DNA of 64,000 nucleotides from Escherichia coli (GTDB lineage Bacteria; Pseudomonadota; Gammaproteobacteria; Enterobacterales; Enterobacteriaceae): NCBI RefSeq assembly GCF_045037415.1, contig NZ_CP173438.1; one strand, 5' to 3'. Shown piece by piece: positions 45,538 to 57,969 of this stretch (position 1 is its first letter; each line of letters starts with the position of its first letter). The notes under the pieces were generated by a model. It saw only the letters and a program-made list of their open reading frames with translations, ran no database searches and was not told where the DNA came from. The position numbers and the translations under genes were made by a program.

Positions 45538-47646
45538 TCAGGCTGCGGTAATCAGCCAGCAGTTGTGGATCTGGCGGTTACGGGCGAAATCCTGGGAGAG
45601 CGTTTTTTGCGTAATTTCTTGTGCTTTCAGTCCCAGTTTCGCCAGGCCGTCGAGATCCATACGGAAGCCGCGTTTGTTGTTCGAGAACATGATCGTCCCA
45701 CCTGCACGCAGCAGACGTTTCAAATCTTTCATCAGCGCCAGATGATCGCGCTGAACATCAAACGCATCTTCCATTCGTTTTGAGTTAGAGAAGGTTGGCG
45801 GATCGATAAAGATCAGATCGAACTGTTCATTTGCCTCACGCAGCCACGCCAGGCAATCGGCCTGAATCAGGCGATGCGCACGCCCGGTTAGGCCATTCAG
45901 ACGCAGGTTGCGTTCTGCCCACTCCAGATAAGTACGCGACATATCCACGGTGGTGGTGCTGCGCGCGCCGCCTAATCCCGCATGCACGGTGGCGCTACCG
46001 GTATAGGAGAACAGGTTGAGGAAATCTTTGCCTTTGCTCATCTGACCGAGCATACGACGGGCGATACGGTGATCGAGGAACAGACCGGTATCGAGGTAAT
46101 CCGTCAAGTTCACCCACAAGTGAGCGTTATATTCGGTAACTTCAAGAAACTCGCCCTTCTCGCCCAGTTTCTGGTACTGATTTTTGCCCTTCTGGCGTTC
46201 ACGGGTTTTCAGCACCAGTTTGTTTGGCGCAATCCCCAGTACCGAAATGGTTGCAGCGATAATATCGAACAGACGCTGACGCGCTTTGTGCGCATCAATA
46301 GTTTTTGGCGGCGCATACTCCTGCACCACCACCCAGTCGGCATAACGGTCAACGGCAACGTTATATTCCGGCAGATCGGCATCATACAGGCGATAACATT
46401 CAATCCCTTCCTGACGTGCCCACTTCTCGAATTTTTTGAGGTTCTTACGCAGGCGGTTGGCGTAGTCTTCCGCTACCATTGCCGGTTTGCTGTCTGGTGT
46501 GCTTTCGGCAACGTGGTAGTTTTTCTGTACGCAGTCCAGCGGGCCGTTTTTCGCCTTGTACTGTTTGTCTGCACGCAGCTGCAGGCAGCTTAGCAGATCC
46601 GGCGAGGCACTAAACAAAGAGAGATTCCAGCCACCGAACTGGTTTTTCATGATTCGGCCCAGCAGACTATGCAGCGCAATCAGCGCCGGTTCGCTGTCCA
46701 GACGTTCACCGTATGGCGGGTTGCTCAACACTGTACCGTACGGCCCTTTCGGCAGCGGATTGGTCAGTTGCGCGACATCTTTCACCTCAAAGGTGATCAG
46801 TTCACCAATCCCCGCAAGACGGGCGTTAGTGCGCGCACGTTGAATCACCCGGGCGTCGCTGTCCGAACCGTAAAAATGAGAGCTATACTCTGCCAGGCCT
46901 TTACGGGCGCGAGTTTGCGCTTCCGCTTTCACTTCCTGCCAGATAGCTTCATCATGCTGCGCCCAGCCGCTAAAGCCCCAACGGCCACGGTGCAAGCCCG
47001 GTGCGCGGTCGGTCGCCAGCATCGCTGCTTCAATCAGCAACGTACCAGAACCACACATTGGATCGAGCAGTGGTGTTCCTGGCTGCCAGCCGGATCGCAT
47101 CACAATCGCGGCTGCCAGGGTTTCTTTGATCGGTGCAATACCAGCACGATCACGATAGCCACGCAGATGCAAGCCATCACCACTGAGATCAAGGGCGATA
47201 TTGGCGGTTTCTTTATGCAGCCAGACGTTAACGCGAATATCCGGCGCATCGCGATCAACATTGGGACGTGGCAGATTTTTCCGCGTGAAAGCATCGACGA
47301 TCGCGTCTTTCACTTTCATCGCGCCGTACTGGCTGTTGCGAATGGTGTCATTTAAACCACTGAAATGGACAGCGAAGGTCGCGCCAGGATTAAACATCTC
47401 TGTCCAGTTGATCGCCTGAACGCCGAGATAGAGGTCTAAATCACTGTAAACCTTACACTCGCCCAGCGGCAACATAATACGCGAGGCCAGGCGGCTCCAC
47501 ATCAGGCTCTGGTAAACAAGCCGTGTGTCGCCCTTGAAATGGACCCCACCCTGAACCACCTGGCATTCAACGGCCCCCAGGTTTTCCAGTTCAGTTTTTA
47601 ACAGCTCTTCCAGCCCACGGGCCGTACTGGCAAACAGAGAATTCAT
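45538..47646 (-). CDS. rlmL: Bifunctional 23S rRNA methyltransferase RlmKL (RlmL)
   Basis: 702-aa [28 protein letters not shown]... Confidence 0.93.
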   Translation of the reverse strand: MNSLFASTARGLEELLKTELENLGAVECQVVQGGVHFKGDTRLVYQSLMWSRLASRIMLPLGECKVYSDLDLYLGVQAINWTEMFNPGATFAVHFSGLNDTIRNSQYGAMKVKDAIVDAFTRKNLPRPNVDRDAPDIRVNVWLHKETANIALDLSGDGLHLRGYRDRAGIAPIKETLAAAIVMRSGWQPGTPLLDPMCGSGTLLIEAAMLATDRAPGLHRGRWGFSGWAQHDEAIWQEVKAEAQTRARKGLAEYSSHFYGSDSDARVIQRARTNARLAGIGELITFEVKDVAQLTNPLPKGPYGTVLSNPPYGERLDSEPALIALHSLLGRIMKNQFGGWNLSLFSASPDLLSCLQLRADKQYKAKNGPLDCVQKNYHVAESTPDSKPAMVAEDYANRLRKNLKKFEKWARQEGIECYRLYDADLPEYNVAVDRYADWVVVQEYAPPKTIDAHKARQRLFDIIAATISVLGIAPNKLVLKTRERQKGKNQYQKLGEKGEFLEVTEYNAHLWVNLTDYLDTGLFLDHRIARRMLGQMSKGKDFLNLFSYTGSATVHAGLGGARSTTTVDMSRTYLEWAERNLRLNGLTGRAHRLIQADCLAWLREANEQFDLIFIDPPTFSNSKRMEDAFDVQRDHLALMKDLKRLLRAGGTIMFSNNKRGFRMDLDGLAKLGLKAQEITQKTLSQDFARNRQIHNCWLITAA

Positions 47647-47743
47647 ATCGTCACTTTTACTCTAAGAAAATTGTTGCGCATTATAGCTAATAAGCGCGTC
47701 ATGTCATAAAGTTGAGGGCTTATTTTCATTTGAGGACCGCACC

Positions 47744-48853
47744 GTGGCGACATTAACCCGGCTTTTTATTCATCCTGTTAAATCGATGCGCGGCATTGGT
47801 CTTACACATACCCTGGCAGATGTCAGTGGTCTGGCCTTCGATCGCATCTTTATGATCACGGAACCTGACGGTACGTTTATTACCGCTCGCCAGTTTCCGC
47901 TAATGGTACGGTTTACTCCTTCACCCGTGCATGATGGCTTGCATCTCACCGCACCAGATGGCAGTAGCGCATATGTTCGTTTTGCTGATTTCGCCACACA
48001 AGACGCACCAACCGAAGTTTGGGGCACACATTTTACCGCGCGAATTGCGCCAGATGCGATCAACAAATGGCTAAGTGGATTTTTCTCCCGCGAAGTGCAA
48101 TTACGCTGGGTGGGGCCACAAATGACCCGGCGCGTGAAACGCCACAACACTGTACCCCTGTCATTTGCTGATGGCTATCCTTACCTTCTTGCTAACGAGG
48201 CCTCGTTACGTGCTCTCCAACAACGTTGTCCGGCCAGTGTAAAAATGGAGCAATTCCGCCCCAATCTGGTGGTTTCCGGTGCATCGGCCTGGGAAGAAGA
48301 TAGCTGGAAAGTGATTCGCATTGGTGATGTCGTGTTTGATGTGGTTAAGCCTTGTAGCCGCTGTATTTTCACCACCGTCAGCCCAGAAAAAGGGCAAAAA
48401 CATCCGGCAGACGAACCATTAAAAACGCTGCAATCTTTCCGTACTGCCCAGGATAACGGCGATGTCGATTTTGGTCAGAATTTAATTGCCCGTAATAGCG
48501 GCGTGATTCGCGTTGGCGATGAGGTGGAAATTCTGGCAACGGCTCCAGCTAAAATTTACGGCGCAGGTGCCGCTGATGATACTGCCAACATCACGCAACA
48601 ACCGGACGCAAACGTAGATATTGACTGGCAGGGACAGGCATTTCGTGGAAATAACCAACAGGTGCTGCTGGAGCAATTAGAAAATCAGGGAATTCGTATC
48701 CCTTATTCTTGCCGCGCAGGCATTTGTGGAAGTTGCCGTGTTCAGCTTTTAGAAGGCGAAGTCACGCCGCTAAAAAAATCAGCAACAGGCGATGATGGCA
48801 CTATTCTTTGCTGTAGTTGTGTACCGAAGACTGCGCTTAAGCTGGCGCGTTAG
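47744..48853 (+). CDS. ycbX: MOSC-domain protein YcbX with C-terminal 2Fe-2S ferredoxin domain
   Basis: 369-aa ORF; C-terminal CRAGICGSC ferredoxin motif. Confidence 0.9.
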   Translation: MATLTRLFIHPVKSMRGIGLTHTLADVSGLAFDRIFMITEPDGTFITARQFPLMVRFTPSPVHDGLHLTAPDGSSAYVRFADFATQDAPTEVWGTHFTARIAPDAINKWLSGFFSREVQLRWVGPQMTRRVKRHNTVPLSFADGYPYLLANEASLRALQQRCPASVKMEQFRPNLVVSGASAWEEDSWKVIRIGDVVFDVVKPCSRCIFTTVSPEKGQKHPADEPLKTLQSFRTAQDNGDVDFGQNLIARNSGVIRVGDEVEILATAPAKIYGAGAADDTANITQQPDANVDIDWQGQAFRGNNQQVLLEQLENQGIRIPYSCRAGICGSCRVQLLEGEVTPLKKSATGDDGTILCCSCVPKTALKLAR

Positions 48854-49392
48854 ACTGCCTGTTCGAGGCTGAAGCTGTCAACATTAACCTGCGGTTTCAG
48901 CCTGTCGTTCATGATTTTAATGGCGTCGCCCAACTGCATCGCGCGACCCGCAATAACAACGCAGGGTTGTGCCAGTAGACATAGCGCGGCATTCTCGCCA
49001 GATTCAACGACCAGTAAATTCACTTGCTCGTGAGTGTCGCTCAACCAAACGTAGGCCGCATCGCCCGGCATGGGCATCCACATTTCACCATGAGATACAA
49101 AATGCCAGCTTTTCGGCATTTGCGGTTTGAGATAACGAATTGCTACCAGTGCATTCAGCACCAGTTCGGCTTTTTGTTCTTTAGATAAATTAAAATCGCG
49201 GCACTTTTCTTCAAAAGAGAAATAGAGCGCGGCGTCATCAACGCAAAAACCTGCGGGAGAAAAGGCATCTGGAGTCAACATTTTGCGCGCAAAACGTGAG
49301 CGAAATAGCATACCATTGGCTAAATCGAGCATCATTCGATCGTGCTCTTCATCGTAATACCAACGCCAGTTATCGTCTGGTTTAATTCGCAT
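48850..49392 (-). CDS. zapC: Cell-division protein ZapC
   Basis: 180 aa from [24 protein letters not shown]. Confidence 0.9.
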   Translation of the reverse strand: MRIKPDDNWRWYYDEEHDRMMLDLANGMLFRSRFARKMLTPDAFSPAGFCVDDAALYFSFEEKCRDFNLSKEQKAELVLNALVAIRYLKPQMPKSWHFVSHGEMWMPMPGDAAYVWLSDTHEQVNLLVVESGENAALCLLAQPCVVIAGRAMQLGDAIKIMNDRLKPQVNVDSFSLEQAV

Positions 49393-49565
49393 CTGCCACT
49401 CCCCAACCTTATAAAACCGCAGCGACACAATCCATTGTCGCTTCGCTTAATAACCTCAACAATAAAAGTACAAAATGTCTAAATAAGCAACAGCGATGAA
49501 TATAAAACAACCAGGGCTGAAAATAAAGCCCTGATTATCTTATAAAGAGGAATTTGAAGAAATAA

Positions 49566-50576
49566 TTAGATATGGGTAACGATTTCTTTAATCAGCGGCG
49601 GACCTTTAAAAATAAAACCAGAATAAATTTGCACCAGTGAGGCACCCGCAGCAATCTTTTCACGCGCAGCGATAACCGAGTCAATGCCGCCAACACCAAT
49701 AATCGGCAAGCGTCCGTTTAATTCCTGTGACAAGCGGCGAATAATTTCGGTGCTTTTTAACTGAAGCGGACGACCACTTAAGCCACCGGTTTGATCACAA
49801 TTTTTCATTCCCTGAACCAGAGAACGATCGAGTGTGGTATTGGTTGCAATAACGCCATCAATATTATGGCGAACTAAACTATCGGCAACCTGGATCAATT
49901 CTTCTTCAGAAAGATCCGGCGCGATCTTCACTGCGATCGGCACATATTTATGGTGCATCACTTGCAAATCATTTTGTTTATTTTTAATCGCAGTTAAGAG
50001 ATCATCCAGCGCTTCACCATATTGCAGTGTGCGTAATCCTGGGGTATTTGGCGATGAAATATTGATGGCGATATATCCCGCATAGGCATAGATTTTTTCC
50101 ATACAAATCAGATAGTCATCTTTACCCTGCTCCACCGGCGTATCTTTATTTTTGCCGATGTTAATACCCAGAACGCCGTCATAATGGGCTTTTTTTACGT
50201 TCTCTACGAGGTTATCAACGCCAAGATTATTAAAGCCCATACGGTTGATCAAACCTTCGGCATCTACCAGACGAAAGAGACGCGGCTTGTCATTACCTGG
50301 CTGGGGACGTGGCGTGACGGTACCGATCTCGATGGATCCAAATCCCATCGCGCCTAACGCGTCAATGCACTCCCCGTCTTTATCAAGACCGGCTGCCAGA
50401 CCAAGCGGATTTTTAAACGTCAGGCCCATGCAGTTAACAGGTTTCGCAGGCACTTTCTGCCGCACCAGTGCTTCAAACGGCGTTCCTGTAATACGGCGTA
50501 ATTGCTGAAAAGTAAACTCATGAGCGCGCTCTGGATCGAGCTGGAAAAGGGCTTTACGAACGAAGGGGTAGTACAT
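49566..50576 (-). CDS. pyrD: Dihydroorotate dehydrogenase (quinone) PyrD
   Basis: 336 aa from [21 protein letters not shown]. Confidence 0.93.
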   Translation of the reverse strand: MYYPFVRKALFQLDPERAHEFTFQQLRRITGTPFEALVRQKVPAKPVNCMGLTFKNPLGLAAGLDKDGECIDALGAMGFGSIEIGTVTPRPQPGNDKPRLFRLVDAEGLINRMGFNNLGVDNLVENVKKAHYDGVLGINIGKNKDTPVEQGKDDYLICMEKIYAYAGYIAINISSPNTPGLRTLQYGEALDDLLTAIKNKQNDLQVMHHKYVPIAVKIAPDLSEEELIQVADSLVRHNIDGVIATNTTLDRSLVQGMKNCDQTGGLSGRPLQLKSTEIIRRLSQELNGRLPIIGVGGIDSVIAAREKIAAGASLVQIYSGFIFKGPPLIKEIVTHI

Positions 50577-50812
50577 GAACTCTCCTGGATTCCCGGTGTG
50601 CAAACCGGGGGCGTATTATGTGCGAGTTCGGACCAAAAGGGAATTGACCTGCGGCAATAAATAGCAAACGTTTTCTTATTGCGCTTTTTTTATGCTTTTT
50701 TTGGCTTTTCTTCCTCAGATAAATCATTTCGACTCGCGGACGCCCTCTGTCAGACTGACCGAATTGTTATCAATGTTAACAAAACAAGAACAATTGGTTA
50801 TAAGGAGAGAGT

Positions 50813-51388
50813 ATGCGTGTCATCACCCTGGCGGGTAGTCCTCGATTTCCTTCTCGCTCCAGCTCCTTGCTGGAATATGCGCGGGAAAAACTAAATGGCC
50901 TGGATGTAGAGGTTTATCACTGGAATTTGCAAAACTTCGTCCCGGAAGATCTGCTTTATGCTCGTTTCGATAGTCCGGCACTCAAGACCTTCACCGAACA
51001 GCTGCAACAGGCCGATGGGCTGATTGTCGCCACGCCTGTGTATAAAGCCGCCTATTCCGGTGCACTGAAAACCCTGCTCGACCTGCTGCCAGAACGTGCG
51101 TTGCAAGGCAAAGTGGTGCTGCCGCTGGCGACAGGCGGCACCGTGGCCCATCTGCTGGCGGTCGATTATGCCCTTAAGCCAGTTTTAAGTACGCTGAAAG
51201 CCCAGGAGATCCTGCACGGCGTGTTTGCCGATGACTCGCAAGTAATTGATTACCAACACAAACCCCAGTTCACGCCAAATCTGCAAACTCGTCTTGATAC
51301 CGCGCTAGAAACTTTCTGGCAGGCGTTGCACCGCCGCGATGTTCAGGTTCCTGACCTACTGTCTTTGCGAGGTAATGCCCATGCGTAA
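50813..51388 (+). CDS. ssuE: NADPH-dependent FMN reductase SsuE
   Basis: 191-aa ORF MRVITLAGSPRFPSRSSSLLEYA... Confidence 0.93.
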   Translation: MRVITLAGSPRFPSRSSSLLEYAREKLNGLDVEVYHWNLQNFVPEDLLYARFDSPALKTFTEQLQQADGLIVATPVYKAAYSGALKTLLDLLPERALQGKVVLPLATGGTVAHLLAVDYALKPVLSTLKAQEILHGVFADDSQVIDYQHKPQFTPNLQTRLDTALETFWQALHRRDVQVPDLLSLRGNAHA

Positions 51389-52340
51389 GATCATTAAACT
51401 GGTGCTGGCGGGTTTACTTAGCGTCTCTACGATTGCGGTTGCTGCAGAATCCTCGCCTGAAGCGTTACGTATAGGCTATCAAAAAGGCAGTATTGGTATG
51501 GTGCTGGCAAAAAGCCACCAGTTACTGGAAAAACGCTATCCGCAAACAAAAATCTCCTGGGTCGAGTTCCCCGCTGGCCCACAGATGCTGGAGGCGTTAA
51601 ACGTTGGCAGTATCGATCTCGGCAGTACCGGGGATATTCCGCCAATCTTTGCCCAGGCTGCCGGGGCTGATTTGGTATACGTGGGCGTCGAGCCACCGAA
51701 GCCCAAAGCCGAAGTGATTCTGGTGGCAGAAAACAGCCCGATCAAAACCGTAGCCGATCTTAAAGGTCACAAAGTTGCCTTTCAGAAAGGTTCCAGTTCG
51801 CACAATCTTTTACTGCGAGCCCTTCGCCAGGCCGGGCTTAAATTCACGGATATTCAGCCCACTTACCTGACGCCTGCCGATGCCCGCGCCGCGTTCCAGC
51901 AAGGTAACGTTGACGCCTGGGCTATCTGGGATCCCTACTACTCCGCTGCATTATTACAGGGCGGCGTGCGGGTGCTGAAAGACGGCACCGATCTCAATCA
52001 AACTGGATCGTTTTATCTGGCAGCTCGTCCGTATGCAGAAAAAAACGGCGCTTTTATTCAGGGTGTGCTGACAACCTTTAGTGAGGCCGATGCGTTAACC
52101 CGCAGCCAGCGCGAACAAAGCATCGCTTTACTGGCAAAAACGATGGGCTTACCGGCACCGGTTATTGCCTCGTATCTGGATCATCGTCCTCCCACCACCA
52201 TCAAACCGTTGAGCGCTGAAGTTGCCGCCTTACAGCAGCAAACGGCAGATCTGTTTTATGAAAACCGTCTGGTGCCGAAAAAAGTCGATATTCGCCAGCG
52301 CATCTGGCAGCCCACTCAACTGGAAGGAAAACAATTATGA
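51381..52340 (+). CDS. ssuA: Aliphatic sulfonate ABC transporter periplasmic binding protein SsuA
   Basis: 319 aa from [21 protein letters not shown]. Confidence 0.9.
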   Translation: MRKIIKLVLAGLLSVSTIAVAAESSPEALRIGYQKGSIGMVLAKSHQLLEKRYPQTKISWVEFPAGPQMLEALNVGSIDLGSTGDIPPIFAQAAGADLVYVGVEPPKPKAEVILVAENSPIKTVADLKGHKVAFQKGSSSHNLLLRALRQAGLKFTDIQPTYLTPADARAAFQQGNVDAWAIWDPYYSAALLQGGVRVLKDGTDLNQTGSFYLAARPYAEKNGAFIQGVLTTFSEADALTRSQREQSIALLAKTMGLPAPVIASYLDHRPPTTIKPLSAEVAALQQQTADLFYENRLVPKKVDIRQRIWQPTQLEGKQL

Positions 52341-53482
52341 GTCTGAATATGTTCTGGTTTTTACCGACCCACGGTGACGGGCATTATCTGGGAACGGAAG
52401 AAGGTTCACGTCCGGTTGATCACGGTTATCTGCAACAAATTGCGCAAGCGGCGGATCGTCTGGGCTATACCGGTGTGCTGATCCCGACGGGGCGATCGTG
52501 TGAAGATGCGTGGCTGGTGGCGGCGTCGATGATCCCGGTGACACAACGGCTGAAGTTTCTTGTCGCCCTGCGCCCCAGCGTAACCTCACCTACCGTTGCC
52601 GCCCGCCAGGCCGCCACGCTTGACCGTCTCTCTAACGGACGTGCGTTGTTTAACCTGGTCACAGGCAGCGATCCCCAAGAACTGGCAGGCGACGGCGTGT
52701 TCCTTGATCATAGCGAGCGTTACGAAGCCTCGGCAGAATTTACCCAGGTCTGGCGGCGGTTGTTGCTTGGCGAGACTGTGGATTTCAACGGCAAACATAT
52801 TCATGTACGCGGGGCCAAACTGCTCTTCCCGCCGATTCAACAGCCTTATCCTCCGCTTTACTTTGGCGGATCGTCAGATGTCGCCCAGGAGCTGGCGGCA
52901 GAACAAGTTGATCTCTACCTTACCTGGGGCGAACCACCGAAACTGGTAAAAGAGAAAATCGAACACGTGCGGGCGAAAGCTGCCGCGCATGGACGCAAAA
53001 TTCGTTTCGGTATTCGTCTGCATGTGATTGTTCGTGAAACCAACGACGAAGCGTGGCAGGCCGCCGAGCGGTTAATCTCGCATCTTGATGATGAAACTAT
53101 CGCCAAAGCACAGGCCTCATTCGCCCGAACGGATTCCGTAGGACAACAGCGAATGGCGGCGCTACATAACGGCAAGCGCGACAATCTGGAGATCAGCCCC
53201 AATTTATGGGCGGGTGTTGGCTTAGTGCGCGGCGGTGCCGGGACAGCGCTGGTGGGCGATGGTCCTACGGTCGCCGCGCGAATCAACGAATACGCTGCAC
53301 TTGGCATCGACAGTTTTGTGCTTTCGGGCTACCCGCATCTGGAAGAAGCGTATCGGGTCGGCGAGTTACTGTTCCCACATCTGGATGTCGCCATCCCGGA
53401 AATTCCCCAGCCACAACCGCTGAATCCACAAGGCGAAGCGGTGGCGAATGATTTTATCCCCCGTAACGTCGCGCAAAGCTAA
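52337..53482 (+). CDS. ssuD: FMNH2-dependent alkanesulfonate monooxygenase SsuD
   Basis: 381-aa [23 protein letters not shown]... Confidence 0.93.
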   Translation: MSLNMFWFLPTHGDGHYLGTEEGSRPVDHGYLQQIAQAADRLGYTGVLIPTGRSCEDAWLVAASMIPVTQRLKFLVALRPSVTSPTVAARQAATLDRLSNGRALFNLVTGSDPQELAGDGVFLDHSERYEASAEFTQVWRRLLLGETVDFNGKHIHVRGAKLLFPPIQQPYPPLYFGGSSDVAQELAAEQVDLYLTWGEPPKLVKEKIEHVRAKAAAHGRKIRFGIRLHVIVRETNDEAWQAAERLISHLDDETIAKAQASFARTDSVGQQRMAALHNGKRDNLEISPNLWAGVGLVRGGAGTALVGDGPTVAARINEYAALGIDSFVLSGYPHLEEAYRVGELLFPHLDVAIPEIPQPQPLNPQGEAVANDFIPRNVAQS

Positions 53483-53493
53483 GGAACACGATG

Positions 53494-54285
53494 ATGGCAA
53501 CGCCAGTGAAGAAGTGGTTATTGCGCGTTGCCCCCTGGTTTTTACCGGTGGGCATCGTGGCGGTGTGGCAACTGGCCTCCTCGGTTGGCTGGCTATCGAC
53601 GCGTATTTTGCCCTCACCGGAAGGAGTGGTGATGGCGTTCTGGACGCTCTCTGCCAGCGGCGAACTGTGGCAGCATCTGGCGATCAGCTCCTGGCGTGCA
53701 CTGATTGGTTTTTCAATTGGCGGATCGCTGGGATTAATTCTGGGGCTGATTAGCGGGCTGTCACGCTGGGGTGAGCGACTGCTGGATACCTCAATTCAGA
53801 TGTTGCGCAACGTGCCGCATCTGGCGCTGATCCCGCTGGTGATTTTGTGGTTTGGCATTGATGAATCCGCAAAAATCTTTCTGGTGGCGCTCGGTACGCT
53901 ATTCCCCATTTATATCAACACCTGGCATGGCATCCGTAATATCGACCGTGAGCTGGTGGAGATGGCACGTAGCTATGGATTATCCGGCATGCCGCTGTTT
54001 ATCCATGTGATCCTGCCTGGTGCCCTGCCCTCAATTATGGTCGGTGTGCGTTTTGCTTTGGGCCTGATGTGGCTGACGCTGATCGTTGCCGAAACTATTT
54101 CTGCCAATTCCGGCATTGGTTATCTGGCGATGAATGCGCGGGAGTTTCTGCAAACGGACGTGGTGGTAGTCGCCATTATTCTTTACGCCCTGCTCGGCAA
54201 ACTTGCTGACGTCAGCGCGCAGCTGTTAGAGCGTCTCTGGTTGCGCTGGAACCCGGCTTATCATTTGAAGGAGGCCACGGTATGA
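53494..54285 (+). CDS. ssuC: Aliphatic sulfonate ABC transporter permease SsuC
   Basis: Membrane ORF from [19 protein letters not shown]; start could be the adjacent upstream ATG at 53491. Confidence 0.88.
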   Translation: MATPVKKWLLRVAPWFLPVGIVAVWQLASSVGWLSTRILPSPEGVVMAFWTLSASGELWQHLAISSWRALIGFSIGGSLGLILGLISGLSRWGERLLDTSIQMLRNVPHLALIPLVILWFGIDESAKIFLVALGTLFPIYINTWHGIRNIDRELVEMARSYGLSGMPLFIHVILPGALPSIMVGVRFALGLMWLTLIVAETISANSGIGYLAMNAREFLQTDVVVVAIILYALLGKLADVSAQLLERLWLRWNPAYHLKEATV

Positions 54286-55049
54286 ATACTGCTCGTCTGA
54301 ACCAGGGCACACCATTGTTGCTCAATGCAGTAAGCAAACATTACGCGGAAAATATCGTCCTGAACCAACTGGATTTACATATTCCAGCAGGTCAGTTTGT
54401 GGCGGTGGTGGGCCGCAGCGGTGGTGGCAAAAGTACCCTGCTGCGCCTGCTGGCAGGTCTGGAAACGCCAACCGCAGGCGACGTGTTAGCGGGCACCACA
54501 CCGCTGGCTGAGATTCAGGATGATACGCGAATGATGTTTCAGGACGCGCGTCTGCTGCCGTGGAAATCGGTGATTGATAACGTTGGGTTAGGCCTTAAAG
54601 GCCAGTGGCGCGATGCCGCGCGTCGGGCTCTGGCTGCGGTAGGACTGGAGAATCGCGCGGGGGAATGGCCTGCCGCACTTTCTGGCGGGCAGAAACAACG
54701 TGTGGCGCTGGCAAGGGCGCTGATTCATCGACCAGGTTTATTGTTGCTTGATGAACCACTCGGTGCGCTGGACGCTTTAACGCGACTCGAGATGCAGGAT
54801 TTGATTGTATCACTCTGGCAGGAGCACGGCTTTACCGTCTTGCTGGTGACGCATGATGTGAGCGAAGCGGTAGCGATGGCTGACCGGGTGTTGTTAATTG
54901 AAGAGGGAAAAATTGGTCTGGATTTGACGGTGGATATCCCCCGTCCGCGCCGGTTAGGGTCGGTACGATTAGCAGAGCTGGAAGCGGAAGTATTGCAGCG
55001 GGTGATGCAGCGTGGTGAATTTGAAACTCGCCTGAGAAAACAGGGGTAA
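54282..55049 (+). CDS. ssuB: Aliphatic sulfonate ABC transporter ATPase SsuB
   Basis: 255-aa ORF with Walker [10 protein letters not shown] and LSGGQ signature. Confidence 0.93.
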   Translation: MNTARLNQGTPLLLNAVSKHYAENIVLNQLDLHIPAGQFVAVVGRSGGGKSTLLRLLAGLETPTAGDVLAGTTPLAEIQDDTRMMFQDARLLPWKSVIDNVGLGLKGQWRDAARRALAAVGLENRAGEWPAALSGGQKQRVALARALIHRPGLLLLDEPLGALDALTRLEMQDLIVSLWQEHGFTVLLVTHDVSEAVAMADRVLLIEEGKIGLDLTVDIPRPRRLGSVRLAELEAEVLQRVMQRGEFETRLRKQG

Positions 55050-55054
55050 ATTCT

Positions 55055-55090
55055 CCGAATGGCGGCGCTATTGCCGCCATTCGGTTATTT
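55055..55090. terminator. Bidirectional terminator between ssuB and pepN
   Basis: ccgaatggcggc-gctatt-gccgccattcgg hairpin followed by TTATTT. Confidence 0.85.
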
Positions 55091-55091
55091 A

Positions 55092-57704
55092 TCAAGCCAG
55101 TGCTTTGGTGATCTTCTCGTACAGATCGCCAGAGAGATTTTCCAGCCCTTTCAACTGTTCCAGCGCCGCGCGCATTTTCTCCTGACGTTTGGCATCGTAA
55201 CGTTTCAGGCGAATCAACGGTTCAATCAGGCGCGAAGCCACTTGTGGATTTCGGCTGTTCAGGTCGGTAAGCATTTCCACCAGGAACTGATAACCGCTGC
55301 CATCTTCGGCATGGAACGCTGCCGGGTTGCTGCCCGCAAATGCGCCAATCAATGAACGAATGCGGTTCGGGTTGCTCATGGTAAATGAGCGATGCTGCAA
55401 CAGACCACGTACCGTCTCCAGCACATTCGCCGCCGGGCTGGTGGCTTGCAGGATAAACCATTTATCCATCACCAGACCATCCTGATGCCACTTGTCGTCG
55501 TACTCCTGCATCAGCGCGTCACGGCATGGCAGTTGTGCAGCAACCGCCGCAGAAAGCGCCGCCAGCGCATCGGTCATATTGTTCGCTTCGTGGAACTGTT
55601 TGCTCACCAGCACATCAGCCAGATGCGTTTCACCAAAAGCGAGGAAGCGCAGGCAGGCATTACGCAGAGTGCGTTTTGCAATATCTTCATGCTCAACACG
55701 GTACTCGCTCTGGTAATTCGCGTTGTAAATAGCCAGCAGCTCATCTGCCAGTTCAGTCGCCAGAGTACGAGTGAGTGCTTCGCGTACTTCGGCAATAGCA
55801 ATCGGATCGATGATATCGAACAGTTCTGCCATTTCATTGACGGAAGGCAGCGTCAGGATTTCTGCCGCCAGCGCCGGATCAATCTTCTCATCGAGCAGCA
55901 CCGCGCGGAAAGCGTCAGCCACATGCACCGGCAGAGACAACGGCTGCCCTTGCTGATGACGGGCGACGTTCAGCTTGATGTAGGTTGCCAGCAAACTTTG
56001 CGCCGCGTCCCAGCGAGAGAAATCATTACGCGCATGACGCATCAGGAAGGTCAGTTGCTGATCGCTCCACTTATATTCCAGTTTCACTGGCGCAGAGAAT
56101 TCGCACAGCAGCGCAGGCACCGGCTGGAAGTAGACATTATCAAAAACAAAGGTCTGTTCCGCCTGGGTGACGTTCAGCACGGAATTCACCGGATGACCGC
56201 CTTTCTGCAACGGGATCACTTTGCCTTCGTTGTCATACAGTTCGATGGCAAACGGAATATGCAGCGGTTGTTTTTCTGCCTGATCCGGCGTAGCTGGCGT
56301 GCGCTGGCTGATGGTCAGGGTGTACTGCTCAGTTTCCGGATTGTAGTCGTCTTTGACGGTCACAACCGGCGTGCCGGACTGGCTGTACCAACGGCGGAAA
56401 TGGGAGAGATCGACATTCGACGCATCTTCCATCGCCTGCACAAAATCGTCACAGGTCGCTGCGCTACCATCATGACGCTCGAAATAGAGCTGCATCCCTT
56501 TCTGGAAATTTTCTTCGCCAAGCAGAGTGTGGATCATACGAATCACTTCCGCGCCCTTCTCGTAAACGGTCAGGGTGTAGAAGTTGTTCATTTCAATGAC
56601 CATATCCGGGCGAATTGGGTGCGCCATCGGGCTGGCGTCTTCTGCAAACTGCAATCCGCGCATGGTGCGCACATTATTGATACGGTTTACCGCGCGGGAA
56701 CCAAGGTCAGAGCTGAATTCCTGATCGCGGAAGACGGTTAAACCTTCTTTCAGACTGAGCTGGAACCAGTCGCGGCAGGTGACACGGTTGCCGGTCCAGT
56801 TATGGAAATATTCATGGCCGATAACGCGTTCAATATCGAGGTAATCTTTGTCGGTGGCGGTGTCGGTGCGGGCCAGCACATATTTGGAGTTAAAGATATT
56901 CAGCCCCTTATTCTCCATTGCGCCCATATTGAAGAAATCCACCGCGACGATCATATAGATGTCGAGGTCATACTCCAGGCCGAAGCGTTCTTCATCCCAT
57001 TTCATGGAGTTTTTCAGCGAGGTCATTGCCCACGGCGCACGATCAAGGTTGCCACGATCGACATACAACTCCAGCGCCACTTCACGACCAGAGCGGGTAG
57101 TGAAGGTATCGCGCAGTACATCAAAATCACCAGCCACCAGCGCAAACAGGTAACACGGTTTCGGGAATGGATCCTGCCACTGTACCCAATGACGTCCATT
57201 TTCCAGTTCACCTTGCGCAACGCGGTTACCGTTGGAAAGCAGGAAGGGATATTTGGTTTTATCGGCAATAATTTTGGTGGTAAAACGCGCCAGCACGTCC
57301 GGGCGGTCGAGATAATACGTAATATGGCGGAAACCTTCGGCTTCACACTGGGTGCAAAGCGCATCGCCTGACTGATAAAGCCCTTCCAGCGCAGTATTCG
57401 CCGCCGGGCTAATTTCATTAACGATCTTAAGCGTAAAACGCTCCGGCAAATTACTGATGACCAGTGCGCCCTCTTCTTCTTTCCAGGCGGTCCACGGCTC
57501 ATCATTAATATGAACAGAAACCAGTTTGAGGTCTTCGCCGTTGAGACGAAGCGGAACATCTGATGCACCATGACGGACAGCCTGGCTGACCGCGGTAACG
57601 ACCGTCTTTTGCGCGTCCAGGTCAAAGGTCAAGTCAATATCAGTAATCTGGTAATCCGGCGCACGATAATCGTGACGGTATTTGGCTTGTGGCTGTTGAG
57701 TCAT
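55092..57704 (-). CDS. pepN: Aminopeptidase N PepN
   Basis: 870-aa ORF; M1 zinc-peptidase motifs GAMEN and HEYFHNW. Confidence 0.95.
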   Translation of the reverse strand: MTQQPQAKYRHDYRAPDYQITDIDLTFDLDAQKTVVTAVSQAVRHGASDVPLRLNGEDLKLVSVHINDEPWTAWKEEEGALVISNLPERFTLKIVNEISPAANTALEGLYQSGDALCTQCEAEGFRHITYYLDRPDVLARFTTKIIADKTKYPFLLSNGNRVAQGELENGRHWVQWQDPFPKPCYLFALVAGDFDVLRDTFTTRSGREVALELYVDRGNLDRAPWAMTSLKNSMKWDEERFGLEYDLDIYMIVAVDFFNMGAMENKGLNIFNSKYVLARTDTATDKDYLDIERVIGHEYFHNWTGNRVTCRDWFQLSLKEGLTVFRDQEFSSDLGSRAVNRINNVRTMRGLQFAEDASPMAHPIRPDMVIEMNNFYTLTVYEKGAEVIRMIHTLLGEENFQKGMQLYFERHDGSAATCDDFVQAMEDASNVDLSHFRRWYSQSGTPVVTVKDDYNPETEQYTLTISQRTPATPDQAEKQPLHIPFAIELYDNEGKVIPLQKGGHPVNSVLNVTQAEQTFVFDNVYFQPVPALLCEFSAPVKLEYKWSDQQLTFLMRHARNDFSRWDAAQSLLATYIKLNVARHQQGQPLSLPVHVADAFRAVLLDEKIDPALAAEILTLPSVNEMAELFDIIDPIAIAEVREALTRTLATELADELLAIYNANYQSEYRVEHEDIAKRTLRNACLRFLAFGETHLADVLVSKQFHEANNMTDALAALSAAVAAQLPCRDALMQEYDDKWHQDGLVMDKWFILQATSPAANVLETVRGLLQHRSFTMSNPNRIRSLIGAFAGSNPAAFHAEDGSGYQFLVEMLTDLNSRNPQVASRLIEPLIRLKRYDAKRQEKMRAALEQLKGLENLSGDLYEKITKALA

Positions 57705-57922
57705 AAATAACCTTTAGCATCTTTTATAGAGTCTGGTGTTCAGTCTATTCCTGTTGCGTAAATCGCGCTATGCAGAATCTTCATCTTTTCAGGTACAAAC
57801 GCCTTTATTGCTACATTTTTATAACATACACCGCGTTATGCCATCGACCAGAAAGGTGGCATATGGTGTGATCGGGGTTCAATAAATTGCGAAACAAGGT
57901 ATACTCCAGCAGTTCCTGAAGA

Positions 57923-57940
57923 TGTTTATTGTACTAAACG
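57923..57940 (+). promoter_or_regulatory. Putative NadR operator (NAD box) of pncB
   Basis: TGTTTA-ttgtac-TAAACG imperfect palindrome about 30 bp upstream of the pncB start; resembles the TGTTTA-N6-TAAACA NadR consensus. Confidence 0.5.
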
Positions 57941-57969
57941 CTCCTGTACGAGGACGCTACTGCGCACAT

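Noticed and set aside
55392-56741. 449-aa ORF on the plus strand (and many other 60-260 aa ORFs in the track, e.g. 943-1512 minus, 3796-4509 plus, 61386-62174 minus)
   Set aside because: They lie fully antisense or out of frame inside strongly supported genes (pepN, cbpA, torA, ompF) and have low-complexity, Arg/His-rich translations typical of spurious frames; no homology recognised.
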